This document shows positions 6,898 to 19,489 of a stretch of DNA of 64,000 nucleotides, in pieces. How positions within the stretch are numbered: the first letter of the stretch is position 1; each line of letters starts with the position of its first letter. The DNA comes from Vicugna vicugna (lineage: Eukaryota). The position numbers were made by a program, and so were the translations under genes. Location: NCBI GenBank assembly GCA_013265495.1, contig MU058636.1:9812176-9876175 (forward strand), given 5' to 3'. A model generated the notes under the pieces. The model was not told the origin of the DNA and did not search any database. It was given only the letters and a program-made list of their open reading frames with translations.

Positions 6898-9109
6898 TGG
6901 CAAGGGCTGATGGTATCATTGGCCAAGGTTCTGTTACCAGAATAGGTCCCTGGCTTTCTTGTGCCCCGTGATCATGCCTCTTCACCATCTCCGCCCTTGA
7001 CCTCCACGGCTTTGACTTCAGAGGCACCTCCAAGGCCATCCCATAGGGCACTTGCTCCCTCTGCCTCTCCCCTCCAATCCTCCCAAAGTGAAGAAATCAA
7101 GTTTCCTCCTCCTGCCAACCAAAGCTGAAAACCCTTGTATTCCATAACTGGTCACACTGATAAAGATGTAAATATGTATTTCCCGATACGAAAGGTAGGA
7201 TGAGCCTTGAACAATGGATTTGGTCTCATTCGAGAAATCAGACAACAGAACTGTATGCATCTTTCAGCCGCAGAGTCAGAGGATGCTCTTTAAAAACACC
7301 CATTCCTCAAACATGCACAGTCCCCAAATGCTACAACTCTAAAGGGGATGCCCCTCATCTGTTCACGTACAAGCATCTGGCAGAGGTCGGCCCGCCACTA
7401 ATCTAAGTACAACGTGATTCAGCAGCAATACGTTCCTTTTTTGCCCAAACTCTGTTTCATCCCTTTCAAAACAAAAACAAATCTCCTTTTGCCTTCTGTG
7501 GAGGGGTTTTCAGACAATTTTTCAGACCGACTGAAGGGATAGCACACCTGCACTCACCTTCCACATCCACCATGACACAAAAACATGGGCTCCAAGCGTT
7601 TGACAAAGACAAAGCACTAAGGAGGCTTAATGCAAAGAGAAGATGCAGTGAAGGTTAGCATGTTAAATTTGCTTCTTAATCTTGTTTAGATCTTAGATTC
7701 TGTGTATACATTTCATCAGTTCATAATTCCACTCTGCCCAAGACCCGGTAGTAGGAACTGTGAGAGAAACAAAGGTTAATAAAAACAGGATTGCCGCCTT
7801 CAAGGTGTGGTCCTCACAGGTGGAACTAAATCAGTACCCGGATAACTATAACTCCCCCAGAATGGGCACGTGCCCAGGGCGGACGCACAGCAATTGTCCT
7901 TTAAAATTCCACTCCACAATTTCAATTTTTAATGTTTAAGCTGTATCTACTATTAATTAAGACTTGTTTTAAAATGCAAACCCCCCCCAAAAAAAAGCTA
8001 TAATGATCTGAGACAAAGTTCAAGCACATGGCAGGTCTTGCCAGGAACTGTCTCTGTTTCATTCTGTGGCCAATTATTGTGTGTCTGCAGGGCAAGGTGG
8101 GTCTCGAAGCCACAGGTGTTTCAGAAGGGCAGCCACAAAGCACAAATGGGTGGCAGGGGAGGAGCAGGAAGGAGGGTCCGGGGAGGGGAGGGACCAGTGG
8201 GAGTGCCACACAGGGAGAGGAATGATGGAAAAGCAGAATAGGGGAAACGAAACTTTGGGCTTTGTCAGGGGCATAGGCAGAGCCAGTAAGAAGGAGACGG
8301 CACGGGGCGTGCTCCCTGCACTGTGATTTGGGGCCAGCTCTATAAAACAAGCACTTTGAAGCTTCTGGGCAAACTGCTTCCAGCTGCCTTCCTATCAGCC
8401 CAACGTTCAAGAGAAAGTATACAGTTCCTTCCCGTTTTATCTCCACACTTTATATTTCCATGGAGCCTGGAAATTTTAACGAACCCATCTTAACAAATAC
8501 ATTTTAATGAACACATCTTTCTTCTATTAAAAACTCAGTTATTCAAATCTCTGGTTCTATCTCCTAAGAGTCATTCGATAGCTTATATTAGGTTTTATTT
8601 TTACATTCAGGCAAAGAATTCTTGGGTTTTCGAATAATTTTTTGTTGCTGTTATCATGTTCCCAGTAGTTTATTTTAGAGTCCTGGGCTCCTTGAAGGAC
8701 AAAGCTCAAAGAACTGATATATAGTTAGTGAGCAGGACCGGCAGCTTTGATTCTTGCTATTGTTAATGTGAATATTATCAGGAATATTACTACTGAAAAC
8801 AATACAGCCGTCCTCAAAAGCAGTGAGGAGACGGCAAGCTCTCCTGTCGTGAGAGTCCTTGGGGTGCCGTAGAAAGGTAACATCAGGTTTTTAAAAGGGA
8901 AAACTTAAATATAGACGTCCCCCCCTTCTCAGAATATAAAAGTAGTGCTTTTGGCCATGGTAGTAATTTCATACAATAAATAAAAATTAAGAACCATTAA
9001 TACATCTGGAAATACAATTTACCAAATTTCACTGACTGGTAAATTATAGACTGCTTTGAGTTACTATGACAAATGTTCATGGAAATATGGGAAGTGAAAT
9101 GCTGTTTTC

Positions 9110-9183
9110 CCATTGGCTGGTGGCTGGTCTTTAACTGTGAGGAAGGACATGCCCCGTAAACAGGAAGTCATCCCCATGGCAAC
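9110..9183. promoter_or_regulatory. Motif cluster: reverse CCAAT, p53-type half site, FOX:ETS composite, RFX half X-box
   Basis: ATTGG 9112-9116; GGACATGCCC 9145-9154; GTAAACAGGAAGT 9156-9168; CCATGGCAAC 9174-9183. Confidence 0.4.
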
Positions 9184-9502
9184 GGGCCATTCAACTTAAC
9201 TTTTTAACACATGAAGAGGTAATTACTTTATTTTTTATTTCCATTTTTATAATTTTCACAGTTTATAATAGCAGCGAGGACCTTTGGGTCAGGCATTTCC
9301 TGGCTGTTAATAACAGGCTGATTTAAGGCCACCGATGCTTGAAAGTTGTGCCAATTTTTTTTTTTTAATGAAGAGAGAGCTGTGATTTTCTTTTTTTTTT
9401 TTTTTTTTCTCTGAAGTCTGTAGCATAAATAAATGTGACATGGTGTTTTGATTTCCTGCAGATGATAACATCAGGGAGGTGACTGGTAGTCACTGGTGGT
9501 GA

Positions 9503-9549
9503 GGGTGCGGTGGGGGCGGGGCCGGGGCGGGAGAGCCATGGGTGGGGGG
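9503..9549 (+). promoter_or_regulatory. Tandem GC boxes and G-quadruplex-capable tract
   Basis: GGGGCGGGG and GGGGCGGG within seven G-runs of 3 or more. Confidence 0.45.
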
Positions 9550-9819
9550 TTCCTCTGGACGGCAGGTCAGAAGATGATCCCGGGGGACGGAGGGCCACGC
9601 AGAGCAGGACTCAGAACATGAAGAGCCACAGCCTCAGGGACCAGGCAATGTTCTGGTGGAGGCCGTCATCAGTCAAGCCTTTCATCTGAACTCACCGGAG
9701 ACCAGCGTCCTGGGCATCCTCCCTGGCCTTCACTCCCCCAGGAAAATTTGTCTTCCCTCCTAGACGGTAACCTTAGCGATCTATTCATTAAAAAATCCTA
9801 AGGCAGTTTGCAGTCACGA

Positions 9820-9833
9820 GTTGCCTTGGGAAC
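9820..9833. promoter_or_regulatory. RFX X-box-like site
   Basis: GTTGCCTTGGGAAC versus consensus GTTGCCATGGCAAC (12/14). Confidence 0.35.
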
Positions 9834-11250
9834 GAAAGGAGAGGATCGGATAAAGCCATTATTTTAGGTCCTAGAGCATCACCCAAGGGAGCTAGAACGC
9901 AGCATCGCTCAGTCTCTGCCGGAGAGGTCAGGCACATCCCTTCCCAGCAGCCTTCGGGCCATTTTAAAGTCCATGTCTGAAGTCTCTTCTCCCCCAGCTT
10001 CCAGTCTCTGAAGGGAAGGTGTCAGGAAAGGACACAGGAACCCTGCAGCAGCCCTCTCCAGCTTCTCCTGCCTACAAAATAATCCTATTAACCATCAGGG
10101 TGGACGCATCAATGTGAAAAAGAGGAGGCCTGAGAAAAATCTCTGACAGCTGCAGCTTTTGCCACCAACGCCCTGGGAAGCCAGCCCGGGCACTGGGCCC
10201 CAGAGAGGGTAAGAGGAAGTCCAGGCCTGGCCACCAATCCAGTACTCAAACCTGAAGGGTCTCTCAAAACAAAGAGGGCCGTGCTACTCACGGGGAGAAG
10301 GGCAAGACTGATGCCAGAGAAGAGGGGAGAGCCCTGCAGAAAAGAGAGACGCACACAGCGCAGGCGCCACACCCCGGACTCCCAGAGAGCCTGCACTTCC
10401 TTTGTAAGTGCCCGTATTCAGATGATGGTGCAGTCTGAGATAAGACTATTTTTTAAAAAATAGGTTTTTTAAAAAATTTTTTATTTATAAGTTTTATTTT
10501 TTAAAAAAACCCAGAAGAAGCATCTTTAGCTGTATTAGTAGCACACAGAACCCAGCACTGTTGGAGAAGGGATAAATGTCGCTGACGGGGAGCTGGACGA
10601 CAGCAGGGACGTGTGCTCTGTCCCCTTCGTGTCTGAGAGGATTCCTCCCGAACCCCTCTCACAGGGATTTTGTGCTCATCACCCTCATCAGCCGCGCTGA
10701 CACAGATGCCTTTGGTTGAGGGGCCCTTAGAGTTAATTCTTTCCTTTCCCGTCTCTCTTCACAGATTTCGTTACCTTAAAACCTGAGCTACTGAGATCTG
10801 TTCCCCGCTGCCGTCCAAACTCAGGCCATCTGGATTTTCCAACATTATCTGTAAGACAGCATGGCTCCCGGGGGCCAGACCTATTTTTCTCAGATTAGGG
10901 CTTCTCAGATTCAGAATTCCATTATTTTCCTTCAATTCCCTCAAAGTCAGGGTCAGCTTGTGAAAGTTGTTATAGGACGTCCTAACTGTGGGAGTGTCCA
11001 TCCTCCCTCTGAACTTTTCCTATCCAAATTATCCGATGAAAACACCACTAGGTTTTATCATGCTTTAATATTTTTAGCATCCGCCAGAGGAGTTTTATTC
11101 TCTTATATAGCATCACCCAGGCCTCACCTAAATTACCATAAATATTAATAAAAGAATCCTTAATAGAGTGGGGAAGAACTGAGGGCCGGTGGCAGTGCCT
11201 CTCACACGTCTTCTGTATCCAGACCACTCTGCAGCTAAAGCAGGGGTGTC

Positions 11251-11371
11251 TGGCCCTCCGTGTCCCAAGATTCCAAGGTTGGTTGAATCTGCGGATGTGG
11301 AACCCAGGGATAAGGAAGACTGCCCGTACTCTGCTAGATTCTGGTATCCATGGGGTTCCTGGAACCAATCC
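11251..11371. mobile_element. Rearranged TcMar-Tigger (MER2/MER8-like) fragments
   Basis: ggccctccgtgtcc, ggttggttgaatctgcggatgtggaaccc and ggtatccatggggttcctggaaccaatcc resemble MER2-type termini in mixed orientation. Confidence 0.65.
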
Positions 11372-11574
11372 AGGAAAACAAAGCAAGCATGGTGCCCTGC
11401 TCCCCAGCGGGCTTGCAGAAGAGTCTTGCCAACTGAGCTCTTCTTCTAATCAGGTTGAAAGAAGAATCCAGGCATCTCACAAACCTTCATCATCTCAGGA
11501 GTGCCCCTCAGCTGTCGAGTGATGCTGGGCCCTCCCTGGGGGGTCATGGCCACCCCTCTCCCGCTCAGGGAGGA

Positions 11575-11645
11575 CGGGTGTGTTCTGATTTCCTCTCAAT
11601 GTCAGGCACACGGTGGGCACTCAGTATTTTTCGAATGACTGGAAT
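11575..11645 (+). mobile_element. L2 3'-end fragment
   Basis: tcaggcacacggtgggcactcagtatttttcgaatga. Confidence 0.45.
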
Positions 11646-12559
11646 TGACTCCAGCCTGCACTGCTGTTCCCCGGGTATCTACCAGCTCACCCCTCCCGGG
11701 GCAACTTCCAGCTCCCACTCCTCCAGCCGGCTCTCTCGGCCTTTCTCAGATTTCCTCCCCAACACTGAACAGTTTCATCAAAAATGCATTCTCTCTCTCA
11801 CACTCAGTCTTCTGTGATAGACCACGTATCGCAGGTTTCCCATGACTTACAGTCTTTCTTAGGAAACTGTCCCTCTAGTAGCAGACTCCCCTTCCCCTTT
11901 TCTTGTGCCTGTATGCTTTCAACAGCCCTGAAACATCACTCGAGTAAGCCATAAGCAAACTCAAAGCTGTTTCTTCGGTTTGAGGCCAATGGGCATGGAT
12001 GGATACACTCCTTACCTAGCTCAGAACCTCATTGTCCATTCTCTGACACCGGATCCTCTTGGTGCCCCACGAAGTAGACACCAAGGGCTCCCTGAAGTGG
12101 TCTGGTGTAGATGGGGAAATCTTCACAGGGCAGGCGGGCGATGGTGAGGAGGGTCTGGGACTAGATGTGAGGACCACAGGGGAGCCAGGGTAGACTTCTC
12201 AATTCATGCCACACGTATTTATTAAATATCTGCAGTGACTCGAGCACCCAGCAGAGAAAGGCTCTGAAGGCGGGGTTCAAGAAGCTGACCTGGGCAGTAG
12301 GCTGCAGGAAGGGGCGGGTGAGAGGCGGGGACAGGAGTAGGTCTGGGGGGAAAGGAAGCTGAAACCTCCCTCGGGCTCCAGTCACACTGACACAGTCACA
12401 GGCCACAGCGGGAACCGGGGCCTCCACGTTCCCTCCCCTTCCCTGCTCTGTTTAATTAATGTCCTTCCTGGGGTAAGGTGAGAGAAGAGTCCCTGTGGTT
12501 TTTGTCAAGTCCTGAGCATCCCTGAAAACGAGTCCCCCTAAAAACCCAGTTCCTTTACT

Positions 12560-13059
12560 GTTAATCCCTCTGTCCAAACCTTTATTCTGTTTCTTGTCCC
12601 CTCTGACCTCAATCCTGTGCTAACTGAACACCCATCGACCACAGTCAGGTGAGTAAAACCGCTGTTGTGATAACACCATTAATGTACTAACAGTGCCATA
12701 GAAGTATCATCCTTGATGCACGAACTCAGGTTGTTTCTCCAGCGTAAGATGAGCTAACAGATCCCTGAGCCATGGACCACCTGGCCAGAGGATCGTAAAC
12801 CACAGCCATCCTGACTCCAGAAACCACGATGAAGAAATGCCACCGAAATGTCACAAGATGATGATTAATCCCAGCCTCTTTGTTCTTCCCCTTAAAAAAA
12901 AAAAATTCCTAATTCAAAGACCAAGTTGGAGTGGATCGGAGTCTTGTCTCCCACTCCCTTGCTTGGCGCCCTGCAAATAAACCCTCACTCTGCCATAAAC
13001 AGCCGCTGTCAGATGTTGGCTTTCTGTGCTGCAGGCATACGAGCCCTTGCTAGGTTACA
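12560..13059 (+). mobile_element. ERV1-type solo LTR (5' boundary uncertain)
   Basis: TATA-like ccttaaaaa near 12890, AATAAA 12976-12981, ends ...ggttaCA at 13059. No TSD found. Confidence 0.55.
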
Positions 13060-13064
13060 TACCC

Positions 13065-13200
13065 ACTTTATTTACTCTTTTCCTTCATTTGACAAATATT
13101 TATTGATGACTCACTAACCTCTTGGTACTGTGTTAGGTACTAAGGACACGTTGACACTCAAGACAGACACAGCGTCTGCAGTCTTGGAGCTGATGGTTGA
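13065..13200 (-). mobile_element. L2 3' end
   Basis: cattTgacaaatatttattga...tactgtgttaggtactaaggacac...aagacagaca. Confidence 0.7.
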
Positions 13201-13203
13201 GAA

Positions 13204-13414
13204 TAAGTGTTGGCAAACATTTTTTTTTTGTAACAGGACAGGTAGTAAATATTTTATGGCCCCTTTGCAGCTATTCAACTCTGCCATTGTAGTGTGAAAG
13301 GAGCCGTGGGCAGCATGGAGATGAATGAGCAAGGCTGTGTTCCAGTGAAACTTTCTTTTCAAAAACAGGTGGAGGTCCAGATTTGGCTTGTGGGCCATAG
13401 CTTGCTGATCCCTG
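13204..13414 (+). mobile_element. MER58A-like hAT-Charlie element inserted in L2
   Basis: ttggcaaac...gtaaatatttta...caactctgccattgtag...ggctgtgttccagtgaaacttt...gatttggcttgtgggccatag...gatccctg. Confidence 0.85.
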
Positions 13415-13419
13415 GTCCA

Positions 13420-13920
13420 GAAGGGCAGTACCTCGGCACATGTGATTACAGTGAGCATGCTGACTGTTCTGAAAGGAGAACTGTGATAAGAGAACAGAGA
13501 GTAAGGGATCCTAAGCTGTCGAGCCTTCTAGAACTGAGGACAAGCATGGACAAGTGCCCAGGCATGAGAGACAGCATGGGAGACATTCAGCATGGTTGCA
13601 AGGAAGGCTAAAGATGGGAACTGGTGAAGATGAGACTACAGAAGTGTGCAAGGGTCAGATTATGGAGGACCCAGAAAGGGGGGCTGAGAAGTTCGGACTT
13701 TGCAAAACTGAAGATGACAGGAGCTCTTCCCAGGTTTAAACACTGGAGTGTCACGGCCACACCTGTGTGTTGGGAAGCTCTCTTCACTGTGGAACGAAGT
13801 CAGGGAGAAGTTATCAAACTGGGAGCCACCTGGAAAGCTGAGACCCAGTCCACACAAGGGACAATGGCAGTCTTGAGGATTATGGTGGTGGAGGTGACGG
13901 GAATTAATGCCTGAAGTTTA
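13420..13920 (-). mobile_element. L2 continuation (degenerate)
   Basis: Purine-rich antisense L2-like text (gggtcagattatggagg...gaagttcggacttt...ggtttaaacactggagtg). Confidence 0.55.
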
Positions 13921-15242
13921 CAAATAGTTAGGAGGTAGTCCCGGAATAAGCTACAAGCTCAAAAAGTGCTTCTGTGGTTTGAGGAGATGACTCCTCCCTC
14001 GGGTGGAGCCTCATCTTGCTGCCTTTTGTTTTCTGGGAAGAGGAAAGAAAATTTGATGAGGGAAGGGATACAGTCAGAAGGCCAGGAAGTGACCGGGGGA
14101 GAGTGAATGGAAGGGCGGGATTAAGAGGCAGCTTGAGGTGAAGTGGACCATCTCTTCCACCTCCTTCCATTTCCCGGTACACAAGAATGTGTACCAGGCT
14201 ACACTTTCCTGATGGGTTGTGTGGGCTTTGGGAAATGAAATCTCTTGTTTATACACAGTTAAACCCGTGCTGGTGGGGATGAATGACTTCCCTGGGTCTA
14301 ACACTTCTGATCACTTGGATGGACGTCTTCTCAGTGTGGCAGCCAGCTGTGTGCCCACTGGTTGCTCAAAATTATCAACTGGCCCAATCTGACATCCTGG
14401 AATGTCTCGTGGGCAGTAGAACCTTCTTTCTAAGCACCCTCAGAGATGGCTTGAGGGAGCACAAGAGAATCAGCTATCATCTCAAAACATGGCAAAGGCC
14501 TTTGAAAGGGATAGGTCATTTCAAAAAGTCTAGAAATTTTAAAGGTAGAAAGATTACTCCCAATTTCACTAAGCATTGCATTGGGTTTTATCTTGGTAAT
14601 CAGTCAGACGAGAATCATGGACAGAAAAAAGAAAAAAAAGAAGTCTCTTCACTTGTGGCAAAAAATTATGTGATGATCACTTTATTCAGGGACAAAAAAC
14701 AGGTACGGTTGCTAAGCTGGATGTGTGCATAAAGCAGGTTACAAGATTTTTGTTGAAAATCTCACTGACTTCATGCATTTCGTTCAAGTACGGACAGAAT
14801 AATAAAATAAAAGCCAATGTGTGTGTCTCTCAATAGAAAATAATCCAACACAAAGGGTGAAGTGCAGGACAAACCATGCCTGCCCGCCTCTTTCATCCAG
14901 CACCTCCCGTTGCGTAGCCATCAGTCCTGAACGTCTAAGTCGACAGAAAAGGGTCGGCACCATCCAGTGAGCCCTAGGCGCACTCAGGATCTTGAAGCGC
15001 AGGGTCACGACAACTGCGTGACCTGACATCACTGTCTACGCAGGCAAAGGGCCAAGTGCTTAACGCCAGCTCCCTCCAGCCCTGCCCGGCATGAATAATT
15101 GCCTAATTGTTCTTTCTTTTTTTCCTTATGAAACAGCTCAAGTGGTGCTATTTTGGGTAGCATGGAGACGCATCCTATCGTAGATGCAATAGGATTGCAA
15201 ACCAGTTGCAGGCAGAGACAGTTTGCTTTGCTTTGCTTTGCT

Positions 15243-15384
15243 TTTTAAAAAATATTTTATTTAATTTATTTTTACAGAGGAAAGGTAACTGAGTCTATTT
15301 ATTTTTGGAGGAGGTCCTGGGGATCGAACCCAGGACCTCCTACATGCCGAGCATGCGCTCTGCCACTTGAGCTGTACACTCCCC
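15243..15384 (-). mobile_element. Vic-1-like tRNA-Ala-derived SINE
   Basis: Reverse complement reads ggggagtgtacagctcaagtggcagagcgcatgctcggcatgtaggaggtcctgggttcgatccccagg followed by an A-rich tail. Confidence 0.9.
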
Positions 15385-18300
15385 TGCAGAGACTGCAGTC
15401 TGTACTTCTTTGTATTCTTCACAACGTCATGAATACAGAGGCTCAACAAACGTTTGCTGAGAAATGTACAGTTTGGTTCATGGTCTTCCCATTGCGTTCT
15501 CAAAAGGGACTCACACACCAACCCAACCCACTCCTCAGGAGGCTTTTGGTGAGGTACCGCACGATGAAACTGCTTTGAAAAAACTGGAGCTTTTCTGACC
15601 CAACCTTAATACTAATTTCAGGCAGATTCCTTGCAATGACTTGCAGCTGTGGCTGTCATTCTGCCACAAGGAACGTGTCAGCAAGACCAAGAATAGTAGC
15701 AGTCTGTCATCTCCCTGTGTTTGACGTTCTCATCTAGAATGTTAATTAAGAAGTTGCTCTGCACAGAATGAAAATAAAAGTCAAGAAAAGTAGCAAAGGC
15801 AAAAAGTGCAATCGTGCTTGTGTTCAAACGCGGACTTTGTTTTCCTGTGTTGTGCGTGAGCCCCGTTCTGCTCATTTTGGCTGTAGACGCGCTGTAACTA
15901 GCAAACAAGTAAACAGAGATGCCCACCGAGTGAGAGAAAAATTCAGTAGATACGTGATTTTCGTGTCTGTTTAAAATGATTAACAAAGTGAGTTACTTAA
16001 ACAGATTCTGATTTGATTAATCCATTAGTAACTGTGTTTTTTATTCCCCACATTCGTTTGAGTTTTCTAGGTCTTGCATTTCCCAGCAGAGAGGCCAACT
16101 CAGTCCCGTCTTCTTGAGCCAGTCCCTCAGGTGACTCCACAAGATCTTAATTTTGTAAATTAACTTTTTAAATGAAAAGTGATCAGAAGATTTCAACTGT
16201 TAATTAGCAGCGTGAGACACACATACATACTTTGGCGACCACATCAGAATTTGAAATCTTAAGGCTATTATTTCTAAGAGTCGTTTAATAAAAATTCATG
16301 TTTGCTTTAGGGTTTATATCGTGGTTATTGCTTATGTTTTAGATGAATTCTTTCCAGAATAATAAAGCTCCCGGAGAGTATTTGAAAATGTTTCTATTTA
16401 TTTATTTATAAACAAACAATGGTCTCATTCATATGATCAGAGCTCTCTCTGCCTGCGGAAGGAGTTACTGTCAGACATAGCGAAGTCTGGATGGAATGGA
16501 AGTGTGGCCTTTAACCTTTGCTGAAAGCATGCTATTTCAAATATCTTAAGAATGTGTCAGATAAGGGAAGTGAGTCAACAAGATAAATAGAGAGAGAGAG
16601 AAAGGAAATTATACTGGACCAGAGAAATCAATGAACCAACAGGACTTGTTGATCAACTACTACGCACGGATGCTAGGAAGAATAAAAAAATAAAACTGAA
16701 AATTGGATTACTTATCCTCAACATTGGATATATGGGACTAATACAGGGAAATAACAGCAAACAGTTTAGGAGAATCCTGGGTTACATTTTAGGTATGTTA
16801 ATCCTTATAGAAATGCAGAGGAGACAATGGTCCACGAAGGCCTGAATGGACAGGGGAGGGGTTCACAGAGGAACGGAATCTGAAGTGGGCTTATTGCCAG
16901 AGTCGGACAGGAAGAGAAGAAATGGTGGGTTTTGTTTGTTTTGCAAGGGAACCACCTCCTGAAAAGAAGAGACGCGAGGACCATGTGTCTCTGGAATGTT
17001 GAAGTGGACGGTCTGATTTGATGACTGGGTTGTCACTGAGAAGTCAGAATAAATGACACCGGGAGAGAGGATGGAGTCACGGGAAGCAGGCCTTGGCAGT
17101 CCTATCTGTTGACTGCTCTACATGCAGAGTAAGAGCATAGTGTTTAGGGAAGATCCGTCTGGGCCCCAGAATGGAGGGATGAATAGATGCTCTCAGGCTT
17201 TGGGGGCAGGACAGGAAGTGTCTGGAGCAGGTACCGTCAGAGAAACCAGGAGCAAAGCACTGCAGGAATGCAGGGGCGCCATGATGTGGGCCTGGACTAG
17301 AGGGGAGGGGGGCTGGCCATTGGGTGGAACAGCTTGTTAAGTGCACTTGGGTCAGATGCCGAGTGCATACGTTTTCTCGTCAAATTTAGTCTAGAAGAGC
17401 ACACACACACAGTCTTGTAGGTGTCCTCTTCTAACTTCCCACCTCAAAACGACCGCTGAGGACTGACGACCCTCTCCTCTGCTGAACCTTGAAGAGTCTA
17501 AATCCACTTTGGAATCAATTTCTCCTCTGTAGCCTAAGCACGACCCCTTACAGGGCGATGATGGCTGTGGTCCGAGGCCTCCTGCACCTCCCCCGGGTCG
17601 GTCCCGGAGTCTAAACCCCTCTCACTCTAGCGGTCTGTATGGCCATGAAGGCCCAGGGCAAGGACAGTAGAAGCTACTTTTATTAACATAAATATAAGCT
17701 GTTTTGAAGAGGTCATAGTTCTCTTCTTCTTTTTCTAGTGTTTTCATTACAGACTTATTGAATGTCACTGTTGTCTTAAATATACGGTACTAAAGCTTTA
17801 TCATTTTGCACTCCTACAAAATAAAATACTTTAGCATCCTCTTCAATATTGGTATATTTATTCATAATGATGCATTTTCTTATGTTAAAAGTCATATTTT
17901 AGCACGAATAAAAAGTATAAGTATTCTTTATAATTTTTAAAATCTCAGTTTACCACCCTGTGATACAAGGATTTGACATTCAGGATACAAATCGGATTTA
18001 TTTACATACCTGGTTTAAACCTGTCATAGCTGGCAAGGATACCCCAAATTATGAGCAGCCCAGGTGGAGGAAGTGTATCTCAAGCTGCTTCTACTAAATC
18101 ATGCTTTTATCCATCCCCTCCAATAATTATGTGAAGTTTTAGCTGAAACGTGGCTAGTAATTTTCCACCTTCCTTGATGTCAATCAGATGTTCTTTCAAC
18201 AAATCAGAACTTGTTACATCTTAACATGTTTAACAAATGGGTTTAAAAACTACTGAAACTTATTTTGGGGGGGAAGATTTTTCAGCATGGCAGAAAAAAA

Positions 18301-19131
18301 GTTTCCAGGTTTCCTAAATGTGTAAGTTATGAGTTTTTAAGGCAAAACACATTGCTTCTGGCACTAAAACAGTAAAACAATGGGAACCTTTCTAGACATT
18401 TGTTTCTACAGTGTTCTCTCTGCAGCCAGAGTTCCTTTCGAGAAGCAGGTGGCCCTTTCTTTCATTGTTGTAATGTCACCTTTACACTGAAGGGAACATT
18501 TACATTTATGCCTAATAAAAGTTTGTACTGGAAGGAGAAGCTCTGCATTTTTCTTAATGATAACTTGCTCTCTCCCTATTAGAATTGTATGGAATGTTAT
18601 CTTCATTTAATTTATAGAAACTTTAAAAAAAACCACTTGCATAGCTGGGGGGATATTAGTTTCATTAAAATTACATGGTGCAGTCACTTTACAGCACGTC
18701 TTAACTGCAACACCTCACAGTTCATGGAACTCAGGTAGGTAACTGACTTCCCTCTTCACCTGCCATTGGTGACCTGGGCCACTGGACATATAGACTGAAC
18801 GAGAAAGCCAGGATTAATTCTTATATCACAGATGATATTTCATGAGTATATTTCATCTCATTTATCTTTTTATATATGATAATATATAAAAACAGAAGTT
18901 CAAATATTTTCCCATACCCTAGTGGGTCATCTTTTTTTATACAGACTTAATTTTTTAGGGCAGTTTTAGGTTCATTGGACCATCTTTGTATCCATCCCTG
19001 ACCATCATTATCTTACATGAATGGGAGCCTCGTAGCAAAAGTATAATAATGATGTCTGATGGCTGTATAATCGGCACCTCCCTAAACCTCACAAGAAAGG
19101 CTGATAACAGTGTCATTTAAAGGTTCACAGT

Positions 19132-19489
19132 GAACCTCATATGTGGAATCTAAAAAACAAAAACAAACAAACAAACAAACAAACAAACAAAAACAAAGCA
19201 TAAATACAGGACAGAAATAGACTCATGGACAGAGAATACAGACTTGTGGTTACCAGGGGGGTGGAGGGTGGGAAGGGATAGACTGGGATTTTAAAATTGT
19301 AGAACAGATAAACAAGATTACACTGTATAGCACAGGGAAATATACACAAAATGTTATGATAACTCACAGAGAAAAAAATGTGACAATGAATATGTATATG
19401 TCCATGAATGACTGAAAAATTGTGCTGAACACTGGAATTTGACACATTGTAAAATGATTATAAATCAATAAAAAATGTTTAAAAAAAAA
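19132..19489 (+). mobile_element. Young 5'-truncated LINE-1 3' UTR with poly(A) and TSD
   Basis: ctcatatgtggaatctaaaaa...aataaaaaatgtttaaaaaaaaa. TSD TAAAGGTTCACAGT at 19118-19131 and 19490-19503. TT|AAAG endonuclease-type site. Confidence 0.92.

Noticed and set aside
9462..9478. Isolated 17-nt exon-like segment (similar one near 40785-40801)
   Set aside because: Splice signals are weak or isolated, and such matches are expected by chance in 64 kb.
19125..19136. TCACAGTGAACC matching the start of miR-128
   Set aside because: Only 12 nt match, the match is created by the TSD/L1 junction, and there is no precursor hairpin.
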